The notes beneath the pieces are model-generated. The model saw only the letters and a program-made list of their open reading frames with translations. It was not told the DNA's origin and did not search any database. A stretch of DNA of 42,112 nt, taken from NCBI GenBank assembly GCA_049999805.1, contig JBNGIO010006415.1, positions 1 to 42,112 on the forward strand, written 5' to 3'. The position numbers were made by a program, and so were the translations under genes. Below are positions 33,853 to 42,112 of the stretch, piece after piece; the stretch's first letter is position 1, and the number at the start of each line of letters is the position of its first letter. Source of the stretch: Folioceros fuciformis (taxonomy: Eukaryota).

Positions 33853-36800
33853 ATGTTCACGGACGGGCTAGACCAATCTGAGCTCCAGTGGGTGCGCAAG
33901 GTTAGGCTGCGTCCAAGTGCCAGGAGGGGAGGAGAGGGGGAGAGCGAGATAAGGAGGGAGGAGAGCTATGCTGATGTCGTGCGTGTGCGTGTTGTGCAGG
34001 AGCAGGTGTCTGCGGTGGCAGATAAGCTCTCCCCTGCCCTGAACCCAGACGCGACCTTGTTTGGGAACGGGAGGAAGAGTGCCAAAGACTGCAATCTTCC
34101 GCCGCCTAATGGATACAATGTGCACCTGCACGCGGAGTTTCTTCGCCCGTTCTCGTCCAACCACACTACCAGCACCACGGAGGATCTTGAGGAGAGCGTG
34201 GGGTCGATTTCTGGCGGAGGAGGCTTGATGTATGATGAGGATCTTTCGGACGATACCGGGGAGGAGCATACTTCTGGAATTTATTCCGGGGAGTCCTCGT
34301 CCCCCGTGAGCCCATTTAGGAGCGGACTTGCCAGGAATGTGGCTAGGCCGAAGTACGAATCCGAGAGAGGGTACGACGAGCTTGGCTACGATAAGAAGCT
34401 GGACTCAGGGCCGGAGAAGGCCTTTCGTGATGGTCACTATGTTGTAGGGCAGGCGTATGAGGGAGATTGGGAACCGAAGGACGCGTATCAGGGGCAGGAT
34501 GTGGGATTTGGCACGGAGAGGCCGTTTTCTCCGAGATTAAGGGAAGAGCAGGCACGTCATCCTGACTGGGATCGGGATGATGATGTGCAGTATGAGGAAA
34601 GGATGGACCCGCAGCATCAGCAGGAGGATGTGGGGTTTGTCAATGGAGGACAGTCATATGAGGCTGCCGGAGAGGTAAGTTTCAGATAACCAGAGGACCA
34701 TGTCCTCGGATGGATTCTGGACCTCTCAGATGTTTTTTTTTGTCTCACCTTCAATTTACCTCGTAGGAAGTGGAAGCCGTACACAGAACAAGCCGAGGTC
34801 GTCCGGACAGCATTGGCCTTCCGCCAAGTGCTCCACCCCTCCACGCATCCATCGTCATAGATGGAGCTCCTCCACACAATGTGGGGGGGCTCTCTTTCGT
34901 TGCAACAAAGTCTCCGGTTGTGAATTACAGTTTCCAAACGGAGGAGATTTTGGTACCAGCGGAACCAAGCCTAAGGTACACACACACAGGCCTCGGACCT
35001 TGAGTTTCAATTACAATGTCCACACCCTTTGACCAAGCTGAACCCCTTTCCCTGGTTGCCATTGTTTAGATCAGTATCAGGGTTTGAGGATATATCTCTC
35101 ACATCCAGGCAAACGACAGCTCACACTGCACCAGCCGTGAATAACTTGATAGCTCAGCCTGCGCCCCTTTTCCTTAGGTAAGAGCTGGATGACTCTGTCA
35201 CTGCATTTTCTGTTTGGTTTCCGAAACTTTTCCATACCTGGATTTTTTCTGCAGTGGTCAAGCAGCTTGGAATTTTGTGATTGCGTACGATGCGTGCGTT
35301 CGCCTATGCCTTCGAGCTTGGTCACAGGGCTGTGTGGAGGCCCCTGAGTTTCTGAACAACGAATGTGCGCTTTTGCGAGACTCTTTCGGGTAAGCGGACC
35401 TCATACATCCACGATTTTTGCTGTTTGACCCGCCATCTACCTGGACTGAGCTTGGAATTTTCTTCCTGCAGTCTGCAGCAGGTGCTTCTCCCATCTCGGG
35501 ACGAGGTCAGAACAAGGGGACTTCAAGATGATGCTGAAGCGACAGCAGCATCCAAGCCCAAGCGAAATGTTGGCAAGCTAAAAGTTCAAGGTGCAGCCTC
35601 TAGTTTTCATGCTCTGGCTCTGAGGTTTGGCTGGGGGACGCCTAGACATCTAAATTGACTGACGGTGCGGCCCATTCTGACCTGCCCATGCTTTGCCGGG
35701 TTGGTGGGCAGTACGAAAAGTGAAGATGGTGTTGAGAATGAACTCCTCCAAAAACCCATGTGTTAGTGGGAACCTTGGAGATGCTGGGTATGGTGATGCA
35801 GGTGATGGCAATATCGAAAAACGCTCTTCTAACAAATTACTCCCAATTTTGACGGGATGGGCCGCAGTGAGACGGCTCCGCTTTCCAAGGGTGCCTTCGC
35901 ATGGTACGGCTTCACAACGAAGTCTGGCTTACGTTAATGCCGGTGCACAGTACATGCGACAGGTTTCGGGGCTGTTGAAGGACAAGGTGAACAGCCTTAG
36001 GCACACAGCCTTAAATGAAACGGCCCAAGGTATTGCCTCATTGCCTTTCCAGAGCACGTTGGTATCTTCTGTCATCGAGGAATAACATTGTCGTGACTCA
36101 CATGAACTGTAGAAACATTCACTTGTGCCCTGAAGCTCAAAAGTTCGACTGAGGAAGACGTGGTTCGAGTGCAACCAGGCTCCGGCCTCACCTGTGTCTT
36201 GTAAGTGCCACCTACTTGGGTACAACGTGTCAGAGGGTAGGTTTCTGCTCGGTGCTAACCAGGCTTTGTTCTTGTTCTCTGGTGCAGTCTGCCTGAAAGT
36301 ACAGGAGACGACCTTTTGCTTGATGTCAGTGATTCGCAGGGCAACTTGCTGGGCCGACTAAGTGTTCAGCTCGGTTCTATTAGTGATGATCCGGCACGTA
36401 AAGCTTTTCTGATGACTCTCAGTGTAGCTGATGGTGTCTCTTCTCAATTAGTTCCGTTAGCCTGACCGTTTGTTGTTTTCCCCACAGAATGATCGAGTTA
36501 GGTGGTGGAATGTATACAGTGAAGCGGACCGTGAATGTGTCGGCAAGATTCAACTCATGCTGTCTTTCATAACTTCTGAGGATGTGGGGTCTTCTAAGGT
36601 AAGAGCAGATCAGGCTCCCTCAGCAAGTGCTTTGTGTCTGTGTTTTCACTGATGTTGTTATCCATGTGCAGTGGAATCCTGTCGGTGAAACTCTTGCGTA
36701 TGATCTTGTACTGGAAGTGGCTATGCGTGTCCAGCATTTTCAATCACGAAATCTGCGCATCCATGGCTCGTGGGCTTGGTTATTACAAGAGTTTGCTCTG

Positions 36801-39800
36801 TACTATGGTGTGTCAGATGCCTACAGGAATTTAAGGTCAGCATACACTGAGCGAGTAGGCGTATCTGTGCATGTCTTTGCCAAGCAGTTATCCTTATCAG
36901 TGGCGAAAACATGAGCATCTAAGAAACGTTTTTGTATCGCTCTTAACACATGCATCTCTGCCTTGCAGATACTTAGCGTGCATAATGGATGTAGCCACAC
37001 CTACAGAGGACTGCCTATTACTTATTTACGATCTTCTCTGCCCGATTATCAAAGCCCGAGATGAGAATGCCCTCAGTAGGCAAGAGGTGATTGTCCTCAA
37101 GCAGTGGCAGTACAGTACCCGATATGGCATCTAAAAGCTAAGGTATAAGGGGCCATTTTTGTTTGCAGAAGAGGATCTTGGCGGATTTGGAGGATCAAGT
37201 TTCTCAGTTATTGGCCACGGTTTTTGAAAATTATAAAGCTTTGGATGAGTCGACTCCCTCCGGGTTAGCAGAGACATTTGTGCCAGCAGTTGGAGTGGCC
37301 GCGCCAGCACTAGTACCTGCTGTACAGATATTTACTTTACTCCACGACATACTCTCCGTGGAGGCCAAACTGCTGTTGCGTACATACTTTCAGGTATGTT
37401 CTACTTCCGGTTTGGAATTTGCTTGCAAAACGTGCCCCTACTTTCCTGGCTCGTGAATTGTGGATAGGAAGGGAGTAGGGTTCTGATTGCCCCGCCCTCT
37501 TCGTTGTACAGACGGCTGCCAAAATAAGATGCAAGCGGCATATGGCAGAAACAGATGAATTTGTGTCTGGTAACGAAGGTTTCCTGATGGATCCTGTGAC
37601 CGTCGCGACGGCTTACCAGAAGATGAAGGTCCTATGCTCACACATAAGCAATGAAATACGGACTGACATAGACATTCACAATCTGCACATCTTGCCAAGG
37701 TAGAGGCTTTGCAACTTTGCACACCTGGAAAGGATAAGGTGCTATTTTGGGACCTTCTTGGAGGAAGTTATTTAATTTTGAAGTGACTCAGTTTGACACT
37801 TACATCGACTCCTGCTTCTAGCTGAATGTGTGTGTAATGTCTTCCAGCTCCATAGATTTGCGCAACATTGCAGCGGGCATCTACAGTTTGGAATTGTGCA
37901 ATAGACTGAGGACATTTCTGGTGGCATGTCCTCCCACGAGCCCCTCAGTACCCGTGACAGAGCTGCTCATCGCAACAGCTGACTTTCAAAGGGATGTTGC
38001 TGCTTGGGGGATCAGGTCAGTGTTACGGCTGGGTAGGTTTTGGCATGGAAAAGGAAGATGCTGGTGAAGAGCGTGTATTTTTTCTGTGTAGTCCCTTCAA
38101 AGGAGGAGTGGACGCCAAAGAGCTTTTCCATCTGTACATCGTCCTGTGGATTCAAGACAAGCGACTGCATCTCCTCGACTGTTGCAAATTTGATAAGGTT
38201 GCTCTTTCTGCGGTAGCTTTTGTTTCACTCTCGAAGTGTGCACTGAAGAACCTAGATGGTCGAGGGGTCTCGGTTTCATGCTCGCTACTGTTCTCTTCTC
38301 CGTCAGGTTCGATGGGCAACAGCTTCATCCATGCATTCAACTTCGCCATTTGTTGAAGAAATTTACGACAGAATCAAGGACACTCTCAACGAGTACGAGA
38401 CTATAATTACTCGGTGGCCGGAGTACACTATTGCACTTGAGAGTGTAAGTACATGGTCTCTTCCTTAGCTCTAGTTGGTGAAGTCCTGAATGTGGCTCTC
38501 ATCTGTAAACCTCCATAATGCAGGCCCTAGCAGACGTGGAAAGGGCTGTTCTGACAGCCTTGGAGAAGCACAATGCCGATGTCCTGCAGCCGCTGAAGGA
38601 AGTGATGATTCCAAAGAAGTTCAGTCTTCAATACATGCAGAAGCTCACAAGACGGAGGTCAATTACTGTTTATAGCGTCCCGAGTCAGGTACGTGCCGTG
38701 TTTTGAAGGGTACTGCGGAAGAGTTACTTCATGGCAAGCAGCTAAACAGACGGCATTTTCTGAATGTAGCTGGGAGTCATGTTAAATTCCATCAAACGAC
38801 TTCTCGATGTCCAGAGGCCCAAGATCGAAGCCCAGATGAAAGGTTGGGTGGCCTGTCTGCCAAGTGAGAACTGCTCAGGGGGAAAGAGTCTATTCGGAGA
38901 ACGTTTCGATGAGGTCACGGTCGAACTGAGGGCCAAGTACAAAAACTACCTACAGGCCATTGTGGACAAGATGGCGGAAAACGTAGTGGACATCCCCGTA
39001 CTCCTCGGTTGGTTGTCTCTGATGTTTCATGTAATTGGGCTAAATCGCCCTTTCTGTGGGCTGTTTTGCAGTCAAGGTTGCTCAGGACAACAAAGTTGAA
39101 GAAAATACTTCAAGACACTAGAGAAGCTGGGGGGGAGGCTGCAGTGCGTGAGCGAATGCAGCCCCTTACTTCACAACTCACAGATACAATCACACATCTA
39201 CACGACGTCTTCACCACTCGAGTCTTCGTTGCTGTTTGTCGTGGCTATTGGGATCGCATGGCCAGGGTTAGTTTCTCACTTCACCTGCGGAGTGATGTAT
39301 GCTGGAAAGGTTTGATCTTAACCACGTTGCCGTAGCAGTCCAGACGTTATGAGCTCTTTGTAACCGTGCAACTAACAAGCGGAACTTAGGTAAATGAATC
39401 AGGGAAACGAACCATGCACAGACTGATGACATGGGGGTGTAGTTGATGTGATGTGCTATGGCTTTTGATCTCCCTACAATTGTGGGACGCAGGAACTTTT
39501 GAACAATTTAGAAAATAGGGACAATCGTGTGCCACGTTGTAATGGCTCATGTATCCAGGAGACACTGATTCTTGACCAACAGCAGGTAAACTAATTCTAA
39601 CAAAAAAATTGTGCCTAACCATTATCTGAGGAGGATGAGGTAGAAGCTGCTACTGGTGATCTTTCAACCGTGGTGATTTATCCTTGCGTGCTTGGTAAAT
39701 TGATGCGAACTTAGAAGGGTGGGCTAACGGTGGTTGGTTGGATGTGTTATGTGAACCCTGCAGGATGTGCTGAATTTTTTGGAAAACCGAAAGGAAAACA

Positions 39801-40100
39801 GATCGTGGTACAAGGGGTCTTATTTCGCTTTGGGGGTACTATTGCGAATTTACTTTGGTTTATGTTTGAGGCTCATCGGCCTTCCTTGCGAGTGTGCTCT
39901 CTCGTGTGAGGGATGTTATAGAAGACGGTTCTGTGATGTTTGTGCAGATGCTAGACGACATCTTCGCTTCCCAGATGCAGAGACTGCAGGGCCATGCACT
40001 ACAGGAGAAGGATTTAGAGCCACCACGTTCAGTCCTGGAAGCTCGCTCTATGCTCTCGAAGGACGGTCCAAACGGCTTGGACTCGACGTTGTTCTACTAA
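33853..40100 (+). CDS. Conserved plant protein of unknown function, At4g24610-like, ~1273 aa, 22 exons (33853-33900, 34000-34674, 34767-34975, 35070-35177, 35255-35389, 35472-35590, 35712-36029, 36113-36200, 36288-36393, 36488-36598, 36672-36835, 36969-37086, 37169-37393, 37512-37699, 37848-38015, 38092-38197, 38307-38444, 38524-38688, 38770-38982, 39072-39266, 39764-39835, 39948-40100)
   Basis: MFTDGLD..ELQWVR start, PSAPP, IAYDACVRLCL...EAPEFL.NECALLRDSFGL, VGETLAYDLVLEVAMR, CRGYWDRM, FLENRKENRSWYKGS, DLEPPRSVLEARSML. All junctions are phase-consistent; one GC donor at 36394. Confidence 0.92.
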
Positions 40101-42104
40101 TTCTGTTTTTGCACCTTAGCCATGTGCATAGACGCGCTGGGCTAAAGCGCACAATGTGAAGTAGCTTTCTCCAGTATGCACCGCCATTCTTTGGGTAGAG
40201 AATAATAACAGGGGATGCAAATGAGCAGTTTGAGGTACGGAATTGTTGAGTCTTTGCATCGCGCCTTTCCAGTTTGTAGGAGAAGCCTTTGGGTCCGTGA
40301 TTGTGCCCGAAACTGTGATTGTATAGTGGGCGCCAGCCTATTGATGTTGGTTCCTTGGTTGCGGGGAGGTTCTCGGGACCATGGTTGTACGGAGCAGATA
40401 TGTACCTATATTGTTTCCATTTCTCGCAGGATTGTCCCCGGTAGGATTGTGCGCAGGATTTGGTCGAGTAGCTCCGATTATGTGATGGCGATTTGGTGGG
40501 TTGTGGGGGCGAATGCTGGAGTTTGTTTTGCTATTTTTTGATTGTATCTCGTGCAGTGCACTTGGCGGAGCTTTTGTGTTCAGGGAGGAAGGATTGTGCG
40601 TCGGCTGAGCTTTAAAAAACGAGTAATCAAGTACAAGTACAGCTTTATAGTTAACTGCGTACTGGCGCGGTGCGGCCCAACACGGGCTGGACGCATCTGT
40701 ATTCTACGTCGATTTATGTTGTCAAGTAAGGTGGATATATGACAGGTCTTCGTTTTGCGCAATTATCATGACAGCTTGCAGAGTGTCCTGTAGAGAGTAG
40801 GTATCACAGATCAAGGACTCTGTGGCTGTCGCCCCTCTCCTGAGAGTGGGAACTTGGGTATCTCATGGGATAGGCTCACCAGAAGATCCCAGTCATAATC
40901 AGGCCCACCAACTACTAGTGCCTGCAGACGTATGTAGGTTTGCTTGTGTGTCTGGCATGCCTCTTGTGCCTTAGCACGATATAGATATGGCTCCCGTATC
41001 TTCTTCCTCAGACGCTTGGCTGGTTGCAGGCGTGGCGTCGCATCGAACCGACGGTTACACCGCGCCACAGAAAAGCACGTGCAGGGATAAAGATTATTCT
41101 TCTCTCGGATTTGTGGATTGTAAGTCCACCATCTGTCGCCACGTCAAGGTTGCCTGGTCTAGGGCAAGCTTTGCCGTGCTGGGTTGTGCTGGTGCCGGGC
41201 CTGCCCCGCCTCCGGATAGGCATGGGTTCAAACGTAAGGAGAGCAGAGCGGCGAAAAAGCTGACAAGCGCGAGATGCGCATCGAAGTCATGGCGCTTGCC
41301 ACTCCTGGAGCTGTACCCCGTTGGGTCACTCCTGGGTACGTGCAACAAGTGTTATATGCAAACGTCATAAGCACGTCCAGCCCACCCTGACTCTCCTAAT
41401 CATCACCTTCACCAGCCGGAGCCGCTGCGGCAGTACCTTCCGTATGGGGGACCGACGGGTGGCCATGAACGACGCCGCTCCGATTGGTTGCTGCGCTGCA
41501 ACTCAACAGAGAAGCTGGAACCTCTCCTAGAAATGTGGAAGCCCGGATAGCCGCATGCCCAGAGCCCGTAATGTGTCGGGCACAGAGCACAATGTGCGGT
41601 GTGAACGGGGAGTGGCACCTCCCGGGATACAGCGTCAGCGCCCGGTACACAAAAGCAGCGGCAACCAAGGTACAGAGGGCCCCATTCCCCCCGCAAGGAA
41701 GCAACCCGGACAGGCGGCTGCTTAGCAAGAAAACAAGACAGGACGAAGACGATGAGAGGGGGAAACCGCACCAGGCTAGATCCCGTGCTCCACTCCACAT
41801 CCCATATTCCTACTACCATGGCTACCAGCAGCAAGCTTTGGCGATTGGACATCCCCGTTAGTGCGCTGTTAATCGCCGGACGAGCACAAGCAACCGATGC
41901 GCGCAGCCAGGCAGGCAGCGCCTGACGCCGCTCCTGCCGAGCGTTACACCTACATCCGCAACAGCTCGGATGATTGGGCCCCGGCGCCGTCCCCGGCGCC
42001 TACGTCACACGTCCATCCCAAGCTTCAAACGTACATGCCATACTCTCCGCGCCGCGCCGCGCCGCTCCGCTCCTCTCCCCTCCTCGCGTCTCCTCCAAGC
42101 CCCG

Positions 42105-42110
42105 TATAAA
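42105..42110 (+). promoter_or_regulatory. Possible TATA box of a gene beyond the window
   Basis: TATAAA after a GC/CT-rich tract at the window end. Confidence 0.3.
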
Positions 42111-42112
42111 TC

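Noticed and set aside
33901-33999. Continuous coding read-through implied by ORF 33835-34689
   Set aside because: Better explained as a 99-bp stop-free intron with a GT donor and TGCAG acceptor after the conserved WVR motif.
40811-41861. Gene among the overlapping ORFs near the window end
   Set aside because: No recognisable protein or consistent exon chain.

Overview
Gene-dense nuclear DNA from a land plant. Short (~80-170 bp) spliceosomal introns and GC-rich exons suggest a non-seed plant, possibly a hornwort; this is inference. Spliced gene models built by hand: CLC-e-type chloride channel (-), UBP3/4-type deubiquitinase (-), COP9 subunit CSN7 (-), oleosin (+), type-D-like lipid transfer protein (-) and a 22-exon, ~1270-aa At4g24610-like protein (+). 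Two features are invisible in the ORF track. First, an ATG12 pseudogene (3801-4475, -) disabled by small, locally templated insertions. Second, a cluster of five C/D-box snoRNA-like units (18418-19237, -) between CSN7 and oleosin, with guides complementary to 18S/25S rRNA in unusual pairings. Transposon debris fills 1-2.8 kb and 22.5-33 kb, including a decayed Ty1/copia element cut off by an L1-type LINE and a probable RLE-type non-LTR fragment. An AT-rich, intronless, frameshifted orphan ORF lies at 10.7-11.9 kb, and a diverged ~500-bp tandem duplication lies upstream of UBP. I found no evidence of a wholly new biological system; the snoRNA cluster and the ATG12 lesions are the best leads. 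rRNA matches and family assignments come from remembered sequences, not searches.
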